This document shows positions 10,603 through 21,540 of a DNA stretch of 44,301 nucleotides, piece by piece. The notes under the pieces are model-generated. The model was not told the DNA's origin. It worked only from the letters and a program-made list of their open reading frames with translations, and searched no databases. Source of the DNA: Nemertoderma westbladi (lineage: Eukaryota > Animalia > Xenacoelomorpha); contig JAUCBJ010007045.1 of NCBI GenBank assembly GCA_032718475.1, forward strand, positions 1-44,301, given 5' to 3'. A program made the position numbers and the translations under genes. Position 1 is the first letter of the stretch. Each line of letters starts with the position of its first letter.

Positions 10603-12520
10603 ATCACTGATATAAAGCAAGACACCAAGAATTGAACCCTGGGAAACCCCATTATCGTTAGTTATACAGCTTGAGCGCGTTTCACCTATGGCGACATATT
10701 GCTCTCTGTCAGACAGATAAGATGAGAACCAATTGCAGGTACTCTGAGTGGCACCCATAGCCCCAAGCTTTTGGATTACATTTTGGTGATCTACGCAATC
10801 AAATGCTTTACGCAGGTCAATTAGCACCATTCCTGTGAGTTGTCCATTATCAATAGAGACACGCGTATATGGTTGTCCAATAGCATAAGAGATGACTCTG
10901 TTAAATATCCTTGCCGATAACTAGACTGCAGAGGGTTCATAATGTTGTTTGATACCAAGTGGTACACCCCTTGGTCGAATACGATGCGTTCTAGAATCTT
11001 TGATAGAATTGGTAATAATGAAATTGGACGAAAGTTTCCACGAACCAGATTGGATCCTTTTTTCTTGTAAATGGGGTTTAAGCGAGCAGTTTTGTAGATC
11101 TGTGGAAATGTTGATGTTTCTATGGATAAGTTAACAATGTGTGAGACTTGACTAGCGAGTCTAGGACATCCCTAATAACTCCATCGTCGATTAGGTCAGG
11201 GCCAGTTGCTTTGTTGACATCTATATTCTGGAATATTTTACCGACTTCAGCTATTGTCACCGGGTGGAGTGAAAATGAATTTCTAATAACACCTTGGACG
11301 GAGTGTCGTAAGCTACTGTAGCATTGTCGTTATAGAGCCCAGGTGGAGTAGGTAACTGGGAAACCAGGTCATTGGCAATATTTGCATAGTATTTGTTGAA
11401 CTCATCGCATATAGTCTTGGTATCGTGATACACATTATCTTGAATTATTAGTCCACTAATTTGTTTGCCGGAACCTCCCAATGTCTTTTTTGTTGGCGGT
11501 CCAATTGTCTTTAAAGCCTTCCAGAGTTTCTTGGTGTCGCCATTTGTCTCTTCGGGTGTTTTCCTTATACTGTAGGTATGCAGCCCGGTACAAATGCAAT
11601 GAGTTCCAACAGCAGAGCAGCAATAATCACAGCACGAAGTATCACTATAGGCTGCGGCCAATGAGATTAAACAACTTATAAATCATTGCATAACGAACAC
11701 CAGAATTAGGCAATGCTGAAAGTACCGCTACTGACAATATTGCGTCCAAATAATTGCATATTATGATAAGACGTTTACTGAACAATAATGGATAATAATT
11801 ATACATAATAAATGTTTGAGATTTGGAATTTATGCACGAGGCTGGCCATATGAATCAACAGAAGGGTAGTGAGACCATACTGTACCCAGTCTGCCAGTGG
11901 GGCCAGATTGGGAAACTGGTCCCAGATAAGATATTTCCACCCCACATACAATACTAGATTGGATTCAAGTGGAATGGAGCGCACTTATTGGTTGATGCTA
12001 TCTTCTCACTGGGAAGATAGCATAGGGGGAGTGTAAGCGGATCCATCCTGCTACACGCCACCTACCGGGAGAATGGGGAGGTCAACTGATTTACTAATCA
12101 GTTCAGGTATGTAGCCAATATTGCATACTAGAGAATGTAGGAAGCAATGTTAGCCAGGAGATGGTTTAATAACCCATCTCAGGGGAAAGGAGCTAATGCA
12201 GGGGAAAGGGGACATGAGATTATAGGAGTGGAATAAGTAACGACAATACTCTTTAGGGTTTGCCAGAGCTTCATTGAGTTGGACTTGTTAGCATCAAGTG
12301 TTTCTTTGATGAATTTGTTTTTCGCCTGCCGTATTTGGTTGGTGGTATTATTGCGCTGTTGTTTGTAGAAATCTTTATTTGTGGGACATCTGTTCTGTTT
12401 ATAGGCCTTCAGTGAGTTTGTTTCTTTCATGAATTAGTTTGTATGAGGTCGTTGGTGATCCTTGGTTGAGAGTGGTGTTTAATTCGTATGGTTCTAATTG
12501 GAGCTATTTTGTTATAATGT
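10603..12520 (-). mobile_element. Degenerate CR1/L2/Jockey-type LINE ORF2 fragments (RT and upstream tether), probably from two copies
   Basis: IDLRKAFDCVDH, WFSSYLSDREQYV, GVSQGSILG (10830-10603); KATGPD (~11200); KKLWKALKTI..DEFNKYYANIA (11560-11360); PWIT-like..MKLWQTLKSI (12480-12240). Many stops and frameshifts. Confidence 0.82.
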
Positions 12521-12714
12521 TTCCGAATTATTATTTAAAATTAACTATTACAAAAAAATTAAAATTTAAAAAAAATTGAATGTTTCCTAATTATCAACAC
12601 AGTTTATTTATACCGTCAACTTACACAAACACAATTGAATCATTAAGTCTAATCTAATATTAGTCAAAAGACAAAAGATTAAATAAATTAATATGGGGGA
12701 ATAGACTTGGAAGG

Positions 12715-12828
12715 TGGGGCGAATCTGTCAACTGACAAAGTCGATTCGCCCCAGGTCCATATGCCCCAAAAATCTGGGGCGAAAGGAATTGGGGCGAATA
12801 GGTCGAGGGGCGAATCGACTCGCACCCC
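12715..12828. mobile_element. Probable terminus of a non-autonomous DNA transposon (MULE-like subterminal repeats)
   Basis: Five GGGGCGAA/TTCGCCCC motifs ending in CGACTCGCACCCC. The superfamily call is by resemblance only. Confidence 0.5.
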
Positions 12829-13106
12829 AAAAAAATATTTCACCTATGCAAACATGTTTTTAATGGGGGCTAAAATTGAAATTAGATGTTAAACCTCAAA
12901 TTTGAGACAAAACATTAAATTTCGCATGTCTTTACAACATTACCAGCAGTAGGGCAGTGGGGGAATAGCAGTAGGCTTACCGGTACCGCGGAGTGCTTAT
13001 AGCAGGCCTGACTGTATTGTGACCGTACTGTACATGTATGTGTGTATAAATTGATAATATTTGTAAAGTGACATGCCGACTTTAGGGCGTTTGTATACAT
13101 CATGAT

Positions 13107-13338
13107 AATTATTAAAACGACAAGGAGTTTCATCGCCCAATGAACACTTCAATATAATCATATAAACAGTGGATTAATTTCTCCCCTTTGGGGCATCATC
13201 AGCACAAAAACTACTGCACTACAGTTAGGCCAAACAGAAAAAACCAAGAAATTAACCAGGGGAGAAATTAATCTACTGTTTATATGATTATATTGAAGTG
13301 TTCATTGGGCGATGAAACTCCTTGTCGTTTTAATAATT
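13107..13338. mobile_element. MITE with ~81-bp terminal inverted repeats
   Basis: 13107-13187 is the reverse complement of 13258-13338 with one mismatch. Confidence 0.88.
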
Positions 13339-13919
13339 CAATTGATAATTTTATTCACACTACACCACTATGTATAATTTGATAATTTTATTTACGTCCT
13401 TCTATCTTCTCATGTTTATTGTTTATAATGGTTATACGTCTCTCTTGTATATGTTCTTGTTAGCTCTACTGTAATTTATTTTTATATTTAATGTCAATTA
13501 AACAATTCCAATTCCTAATATTAAATTAAGGCAGTGATTTTTTATGTCCTTTTATTTGACTTTTTTTGTCCTCCATTTTTTACGAATTGTGCATAATGAC
13601 TTTTGTTGTCTTTTTAATGACTTTTGTTGTCCTTTTAATGACTTTTTATGTATTTTCTTCAAACTGTCAGACTGCTGATTTCTGGACTGTCAGACAGTTG
13701 ATTTCAACATGCCTATACCAAAACATTCAAAATTTGTTGATTTCTGGTCTGTCGGACAGTTGGATTCACTATGCCTGTGCCAAAACATTCCATGATTCCA
13801 TTATTTATAGACTATGAGATAGAATTCCATATGTGCCTGTTGTAAAAGACTCTAAATTTAATAGTTTGTGGTTGTTGTCGATAATCGATTACCACATGAC
13901 GTAGCAAAACACTCACTTT

Positions 13920-14220
13920 ATAGCCAAAAACAATTACCAATTGATGGAAAGGAGCAGGTTAAGGCCGGATTTTCTAACCAAAACAATAAACAGTCACTTT
14001 ACCAAATCAGGGAAAGGAGCAGGTTACAGAGACGGGATTTTCTAACCAAAACAATAAACGATAACATTACCAATTGAGAGAAAGGAGCAGGTTACAGGGG
14101 GCGTTTATTTCCTAACCAAAACAATAAACGATCACTTAACTAATTGAGGGAAAGGAGCAGGTTACAGAGGCGGGGGAAAGGAGCAGGATACAGAGGCGGG
14201 ATTTTCTAACCAAAACAACC
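13920..14220. repeat. ~63-bp tandem repeat (CCAAAACAATAAAC...GGAAAGGAGCAGGTTACAG...TTTCTAA), about 4.5 units
   Basis: Recurring AAAGGAGCAGGTTA and CTAACCAAAACAATAAAC. Inverted dispersed copies at ~14590, ~39740, ~40120 and ~40670. Confidence 0.85.
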
Positions 14221-14912
14221 TGTCAGCCGTTAGGCCTACCAGTACCGTATTTAAATGGTAGGCTACACAGTAGGCCTACAGCAGTACCGGTGCCGGTACC
14301 GGTACTAAAAATACAAAAATACCTGCTTTATACCTACATCTGTACATACAATACAGCAAAATAGTGCTATATATACTAATACCGGTACTGATAGCCTGAG
14401 AGAACAGCAGTAGAGAAACCGGTAGCATGAAACCTAACATTAGATTTTTGGAGGACATAAAAAATAAAAAATAAAAGGACAAAAAAAGGATTTAAACGGA
14501 CAATAAAAATTATTGAGTTAAATTAATATCGAAAAATTGTTGCTTATAGAAGTAAAACATTTACTGTAAATTGTGTTCCTTAATTTATTTTATTGTTTTG
14601 GTTAGAAAAGCTTGCCATTATAACCTGCTACTTGTCATTAAAAGGTACCTTAAATTGTAAATATCGAATTAAATATTCGCGAAATTAAATTAATATGTTT
14701 AAATGGGCTGCAAAAGACACCCCAATTGGTAATATGCGCACTGTACACTTCACTGTACAGCATGACAGCAGACGCTTAAACTGCTTAAGGCTATTCTAGC
14801 ATCGCGGGAAATTTAATATTAGCATTTTAGATTCCTGGCGAATAAGGTACCCTCAAGTGTCCGAGTCAGACCGTAGCTCCAGCCATATTACATCACAGTA
14901 TTAATGTAGGCC

Positions 14913-15939
14913 TAGTGTGGTCCAATTTCAACTCAGTTCGCACATCAGATGTCATCAAATGGGCCCAAACTTCGATATATACAAAAATGTTGATCTGGGG
15001 ATGACAGGAAATATTCCCACAGGCACATTGCCAGATCCCACCCATGGCGCAAGTGAGTCATATTCCCAATTTTTGTGATGGTCAACTTCTAGTATTCCTA
15101 CTGAATTGATACTGTATTATACTGTATTAGAACCGCAATGACCGATTTAATTGGTGTAGACATCTTCAAAACATGCATAGAACGAATAGTTTTTGAGATA
15201 TTGCAAAAAAATCAACAACAAGTCAATTTATAGATGCGATATTGACAAATACGCTTTAAATGATACTTCTAATTATCTCAAGGCATCCAGAATTTACACA
15301 TAACTGCAATGATCAATTTAGGTGATGTTGACACTCTAAAAATATGAGTTGAGTGATTAGTTCTCGAGTTATTGTACAAAATGTCTGGACTGGATCAACT
15401 CAATATAAGGTCATCAATTGGTGGACCTAGCCTTGACATTTTGTACAATAACTCGAGAACTCATATCACCCCAACTCAACCCAACTCACCTCACTCAACT
15501 CATATTTTTAGAATGTCAACATCACCTAAATTGATAATTGCAGTTATGTGTAAGTTCTGGATCCTTGAGATAATTAGAAGTATCATATTTTTAGTGTATT
15601 TGTCAATATCGCATCAAGGCGCTAAAGTTGACTTGTGCAATATCTCAAAAACTATTCGTTCTATGCTTGTTTTGAAGATGTCTACACAAACTAAATCGGT
15701 CATTGCGGTTCTAATGAGCATAATATCAACGCAGTAGGAATACTAGAAATTGATTATCACAAAAATTTGGATATGACTCACTTGCGCCAAGGCCGGGAAC
15801 TAACCATGTGCCTGTGGGAATATTTCCTGTCATCCCCAAATCAAAATTTTGTTATCTATCGAAGTTTGGGCCCATTTGATGACATCTTATGTGCGAACTG
15901 AGTTGAAATTCGGAAAAAGGTTTTTTTTGGACTACCCTA
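14913..15939. mobile_element. Foldback-type non-autonomous DNA transposon with ~470-500-bp inverted arms and a possible 9-bp TSD
   Basis: 14913-15385 is inverted relative to 15435-15939 around a ~50-bp spacer. ATGTAGGCC flanks both sides (14904-14912, 15940-15948). Confidence 0.85.
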
Positions 15940-16029
15940 ATGTAGGCCCTACTGCCCTACTGATGTAGGCTAGGACTACTCGCCTTTAAAGCATTATACA
16001 GGTCAGCAGGTAAAGTACCGGTATGCCAT

Positions 16030-16730
16030 TCTGCTAAGTAGGGCATGTACGCCGAACGCGTTCGGCGCACAATTTTTTCCAGAATTTGGAGCAGGCGCAG
16101 AAAATTGAGAGCGCAGCGCAGCGCCGCGCAGAGAAAATTTAGAGCGCGGCGCGACAGGCGCAGGAAATTGATAGCACGGCTCAGACTTGCACTACAGCAC
16201 TAAGTCAGTACCGGTAAGTAGACCTACCCCTGGCAGTCTGCCGACTACCGGTAACAACAGGGTAATGACAATACAGATAAGACTGTAAGAAATACTGAAA
16301 TAATAAGCCTCCTACTTGCTACTTGGTGTGCTTTAGGCCAGTACAGTAGTAGGCAGGCAGGTACGTGGTAGGAGATTTCGCGCAGTATTTCTGCTGTGCG
16401 CGCCAATGTGTAATGTCAATGCTGTAATGTCAATAATATAATAAAGCGTCCTACTTGGTGTGCTTAGGGCTTGCTTAGGCCAGTAGAGTAGGCAGGCGGG
16501 TAGGTCTAGGTGGTATGGTACAGTACCGGTACTACAGAGGTAGGAGATTTCGCGCAGTATTTCTGCTGTGCGCGCCAATCTCGCGCAGAATTTCTGCTGC
16601 GCGCGCCAATCTCGCGCAGTTTTTCTGCTGCGCACGCGGATTTTGCACTGTTTTCGACTGCGCAGGCGCAAATTTTTTTCTGCGCCGCGTCGCGTTCGGC
16701 GCACAAAAAAGTCACTTAGCATACGGGCCG
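16030..16730. mobile_element. GC/CpG-rich MITE-like element with imperfect inverted ends and GCGCAG subterminal repeats
   Basis: TGCTAAGT..CGCCGAACGCG on the left is mirrored by CGCGTTCGGCG..ACTTAGCA on the right. Tandem ~29-bp TCTCGCGCAG..TTTCTGCTG..CGCGCCAA units. Confidence 0.6.
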
Positions 16731-16843
16731 GTATGATGTATTGAAGTAACTGATAATTTAATAATAATCAAGATTAAGGCGAAACTGCGAACGAAAAGAG
16801 TACACTACACCCCAGTAAAATTGCTAATATTCAATAATAATCG

Positions 16844-17560
16844 ATGGACGACCGCGAATCTGCATTCAGTTCGTTCTACTCGGAAGTTAAACGGATAGAG
16901 GCGCGTGACTCGGTCCTAACATCCGACCAACAGATAAACAGACTGCTGAAACCGGGCTCCAAATACCTCAACCTGAACCCCTTCGAGGTGCTGCAGATAG
17001 CCCCGAGCGCCACAGAAGACGAGATTAAAAAACAGTACAAAAAACTCAGCATTCTAATCCACCCCGATAAAAACTACGAGGGTAGAGAGCGCGCTCAGCA
17101 GGCCTTCGAGTGTGTGAACGAGGCGTTTAGTAAGTTAAAGGAACCAGTGGAACGTCGTAAACACATCGCGATAATAGATGACGCGAAGGATCAGTTGGAT
17201 CACGAACTCGAGTTAAAGAGGAAAAAGTCGAAGAAAGAAGGATTGCCAGGGATTCCTGAAGACGATAAACAATTCTACAAGGAAGTGTTGTGGAAGACGA
17301 CGGTTAAACTGTTTGCGGATCGGGAGTTAAAGCGACTACGAGCGGAGGAGCACGAGGCCAGTCTCCGGAAACGGGAGCGGGAACAAGAGTTGGAGCAGGA
17401 GGAGGCCGTTAAACGGAAGAAGGAAGGGGAGAAGGAATGGGAGGCCGGGAGGGAAGTCCGGATGAATACCTGGCAGAACTGGAAGGCCGGGAGTAGGAAG
17501 TCTAAGAAAGTACCGGTCGGTTCCTTTAAACCTCCTAAACATAAGTCGGAGAGTAGATGA
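16844..17560 (+). CDS. DNAJC8: DnaJ homolog subfamily C member 8 (spliceosome-associated J-protein SPF31), intronless, 238 aa
   Basis: FYSEVKRIEARDSVLTSDQQINRLLKPGSKYLNLNPFEVLQI, a J-domain with the HPD motif, a charged coiled coil and the C-terminal FKPPKHKSESR are colinear with animal DNAJC8. Confidence 0.96.
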   Translation: MDDRESAFSSFYSEVKRIEARDSVLTSDQQINRLLKPGSKYLNLNPFEVLQIAPSATEDEIKKQYKKLSILIHPDKNYEGRERAQQAFECVNEAFSKLKEPVERRKHIAIIDDAKDQLDHELELKRKKSKKEGLPGIPEDDKQFYKEVLWKTTVKLFADRELKRLRAEEHEASLRKREREQELEQEEAVKRKKEGEKEWEAGREVRMNTWQNWKAGSRKSKKVPVGSFKPPKHKSESR

Positions 17561-17719
17561 TCCCCTGTATAGGGGATCCGGTTGTTTCTCGTAGACTGTT
17601 TTAGTTTTATTTTGTATTTATATGTAAAGTTCAACGCAATTATACTTAAAGTTATATTGTTATATAAACTTAATGTTTTATAACCTATTTCTAACTTTAT
17701 TTCGCAACTGATCCGCCAA

Positions 17720-18652
17720 CCCGGCGATATTGACTCTTTGGTTGCCTCCTGGAATTATAATTGTGGTTGACTATGTTCTACGCATGTCCTTAGATCATCA
17801 TAATGATGATGGGGTGATGATTATAACTCCACCTACTGGCTCCAGAAGTCGATGAAATCCTGCCAAGTACCTAACTGATCTAGACTTTGCTGATGACTTA
17901 GGAGTACTCTCAGAATCACTAGAGGGAGCCCAACGGCTCCTCAGCTCATTAGAACATGCTGCTTCTAGTGTTGGTCTTTTTATTAACTCCAGAAAGACCA
18001 AAATTTTGACAGTTAACTTTGAAAGTCCTCAGCAAGTCTCTGATCGGATGAGCTTAAGCTCAAAGGATGGTATGCTTGAGCATGTGGACGACTTCTGTTA
18101 CCTGGGATCATGGATCCTTCGAATACGTAAGGGAAAGGCATGGGCAGCCTTGAATAGGCTCTCCAGGTTTTGGAAGTTACCGAGAATTAATCTGAAACTT
18201 AAGGTCCGATTATTTAGAGCAGCAGTAGTTCCAGTACTCCTCTATGGGAGTCCATGGATGGCACATTCACAAGAAGGCTACGCCGGGTTCATTGTATCAA
18301 GTACAATGCACACATCTCCAACCAGACACTATAACATTGGAGGTGTCTCATTGGTTCCCCCAAGCTTGACACTAGAACAAAATCGCCTCCGCTTTGCAGG
18401 ACATTGCTTTCGCCGTGAGGACCAGCCAGTGCATAATCTTACTTTGGCAGCCTCATGGAGTGAATAAGCATGGTGGACAGCCCATGACTTTCTTGAGACG
18501 CATCTTAAAGGACACTGGCCTTGAAGATGCGGATAATCTAGCAAATGTCATTCGTGATAGGGAGTTGTGGCGGTGCAATTTTGTCGACAAGCCGGCACAG
18601 CATTCTTAAAAATGCAGCTGCAATATAGCATGCCGATCCTAGTCCTAGTAGT
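17720..18652 (+). mobile_element. 5'-truncated, degenerate RTE-clade LINE (RT C-terminal half)
   Basis: LTDLDFADDL, VGLFINSRKTK, VDDFCYLGSWI, RLRFAGHCFR, with a TAG-type tail at ~18638-18652. Frameshifts and deletions relative to the copy at 43302-43903. Confidence 0.9.
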
Positions 18653-18839
18653 GGGATTCGACTTTCACGTTAAACGATAACTTTACTTTACTTTCAGGAA
18701 CGAAATAATTTTCAATTTAGTTTCGTTTTCATAAGTTTCGTTTTTACCAAACCGATCAAATATTCGTTTTTTTTATTTTTTATTAATCTACGAAAATTTC
18801 ATTTTGTTAATTTCCAAAAGTTTTTATAATTCACGAAAA

Positions 18840-19366
18840 TTAATTAATTTGCGCTATTTAGCGGTTTTTTGTACACTGATCACGATTATAGAACTCAAAT
18901 ATAACATTCAAGAAAATTTTTTGGTAATTGTGAATGTGGCCAGTGGGGCATGAAAAAAACAAGTAGTGTAAATATGATAATGAAAAATCACCACAAAATC
19001 AAATTGATTTCATGACCATATAGGTTTTATGGATGCTGATCACGAATATGACACTGAAATATATCGTATATCGCATTTTTGGATATGTGTCAATGCGCGG
19101 CACGACTTCAAAACCAGTATATGTAGCTTCAGAATTATCAAATCAAACACACAATTTTTGGTTTGACATTATTTTACTTGTAGTTTTCGTCCTGGGGGAC
19201 CAAAATAGCACCAAAAATTATGCGTTATTGATCCATATAATGATCCATTATTTTATCGCGTTCAGCGACCTTGAAAACCCTTTATACCATCAAAATTGAA
19301 AATTGAAATTTTTGAGCTAAGATATAAAAAAGTTCTAAAATTACCCCCCGGGCCCGATAGGGTTAA
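18840..19366. mobile_element. Probable piggyBac-like non-autonomous element, right end
   Basis: Ends CCCCCCGGGCCCGATAGGG followed by TTAA (19363-19366), with internal TGATCACGA..TAT repeats. The left boundary is approximate. Confidence 0.45.
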
Positions 19367-20282
19367 ATACCGAACTATATTCAGTTTTTAATTTGTTTAA
19401 TCGAGAATTTGAGGGATTAAATTGACATTAGATACGGAATTTCATCAATCCCGTTATGTTTAATTTTGGTGGGCCTGCGTTTTTAACCACACAACTTATA
19501 ACCAACAGTTGCAGTGCTAAAATCTAAAATAAGTCCAATTGTTGAATACAATTGAAAGATCAGAAATCTATACAGTAAGCTAACTAGCTAAGGGTTAAAT
19601 TAAGGAAATTATACTACACAACACAAACACCATGGTAAATGCATTTCTCCCTAAAAATGTACCATTACCATAAGTTTCTCTATTCAATCTACAATATTTT
19701 GTACTAAAATTTGATTGATTCTTGCCGGGGGCTGACATGTACATTGGTGTATGGTTTTTCCTTTGGACATGTGAAACGGAAGGTCTTTTACTATCGATTT
19801 TAAAATAAATTTGTTTGAACGAAATTTGAAACTTGCATCAACATTCAGTATATATGTACAGTACCTGAAGAAGAACTGTACTAAAGTCTGAAAGCTCGTA
19901 CCTAAACCGTACCTATTATTTCCCTTTTGTTTGTGGGTGAAGACCTTTCTATTATATTAACTGTAGGCCTACTATAAATTTGTTTCTTCTAAAATGCTGA
20001 AATATAGTCCAAAAATTGGTTGAGTTATATCCGCTACAGTATAATAAAATTCCAAGAAAACGTTTTGAAGCAAGCGAAGGGATGTTAACTGTAAGTCTCC
20101 CTTCGGCGTAAGATTTAATGTTGGATTTGCAGCACGAAGCTGCACATTTGAATGTAAATTTGATTTTCGAGGCAGTATCGAAAAATAATTATATTCTATT
20201 GCTTCTACCTGTTTACAGTTCATATCCGCTTAATGTTTAGTGCGTTGTACCCACCCCGCCCATATTTAGTTGTCTGGGGCGG

Positions 20283-21528
20283 TGTAAAAGCCTTTGCTGA
20301 ATTGCCCCGTTATTTTTATTATCTTTTACATTAAAATACTCTGTAGTTGATTTAATAAGTGTAAGAGACCGTATTATTGCTGTATCGGTGTTTTTAGAGG
20401 ATCTAAGACCTATTTCCTCCGTATGTGTACTGTGAAAGGCATATTTTATGAATCTATGGCAATTCGTGACGCAAAGGGGTGATAGCTACTCTTGAACAGT
20501 AGTTACTATGACTACGGTTAACAGCTGACATTCATATGTGTTGATTTCCTTTGTTCTACGGCGTCTCTCAGTTCAGTCAGCCAATTAGAGCGTTTTTGTG
20601 GCTCCTTGTACAGAAAATTTCCGAGAAATGACGCAATGCCTATGTGCAGTGTTTACATTCAGTCCTGAGCCAAAGAAAGAACGGCTTGGAAGTATTTTGT
20701 GCTTTACTGTTTTTTAGTCTTACACTAGTAGGTTTAATTATAAAGGGCATATATCCTTTAACCTAACGACTACCTGACTCATGGAATCACTGCTAACTGA
20801 TCATACATACTGACTGCTGAAACATTGCAAACTCATAACAATCAGTGTTCAGTTGTTGTTTTATACTGCTATTTGTTGTCGGTTATTCATTATATTTGTT
20901 GATGAATTATTATATTGGAATAACGAGAAATAACCCCGACACCCAATATTCTTGATGTGCCGAAGGTAAGAGAGAAAGGTTACCGATAAACGATTGTGAC
21001 TTATGTTAAAGTGGTTTGAAGTGAATCTAATGTTATTTGATAGACCCTACATGAGTCAGTCTGTGTTCCTTTTATATGTGACTAAAATCAGTGAAGATCG
21101 GCAGATTAGTGTGCAGTATTGTGCAGCATTGTGTATGAGTGAGTCTGTTAAAGAAGCATTCCTAAAGAATGCGCCATATATGTGAATTATAATTAAGCCA
21201 TATCGTTGTGAGTAGTTTAAGTCATAACTCTGCTTATATAGATAAAGCGCCACGTCCTAAAGGAACTGTTAATATTACCGAAGGTGAATAATATTGTCAG
21301 AGATTATATAATACTGTCAGTCGAATAATACATTAGGCTTACATAGCAATAAAATTAAACCGTCGAACCCAATCTCCCGGGAATCTCCAGCGGGTGAATG
21401 GTCGCGCACGGATTGGTTTCGACTAGTGTAGTGAATCAAATACTTGTCATAGACTAAAAACAGATTTAATATCTAGAAGACATCTTAATTTGGTGGGTTA
21501 AACTGCCAAAGGTCTGAAAGCGCGAACA
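20283..21528 (+). repeat. 5' LTR of copy B
   Basis: Direct repeat of 30857-32102. The only difference I saw is T20537 vs C31111. TATAAA at ~20739 and AATAAA at 21348-21353. Confidence 0.96.
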
Positions 21529-21540
21529 TTAAAGGATATA
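21529..21540 (+). promoter_or_regulatory. Non-tRNA primer-binding site of copy B (TTAAAGGATATA), complementary to LTR 20750-20761
   Basis: Directly follows the LTR ACA and is the exact reverse complement of TATATCCTTTAA at 20750-20761. Confidence 0.7.

Noticed and set aside
11800-12235. Purine-rich insert between LINE fragments as a possible SINE or ncRNA
   Set aside because: I could not identify Pol III A/B boxes, a tail, a TSD or a second copy, so it is left unannotated.
17559-17578. 8-bp hairpin GATCCCCT-GTAT-AGGGGATC overlapping the DNAJC8 TGA as a readthrough or Sec signal
   Set aside because: The protein already ends at the conserved C-terminus, a TAG follows after three codons, and there are no SECIS features.
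21003-21253. Identical 60/65-aa ORFs at 21003, 31577 and similar ones at 9467-9718
   Set aside because: They recur only because they lie in the LTRs, and an indel changes their ends between copies A and B.
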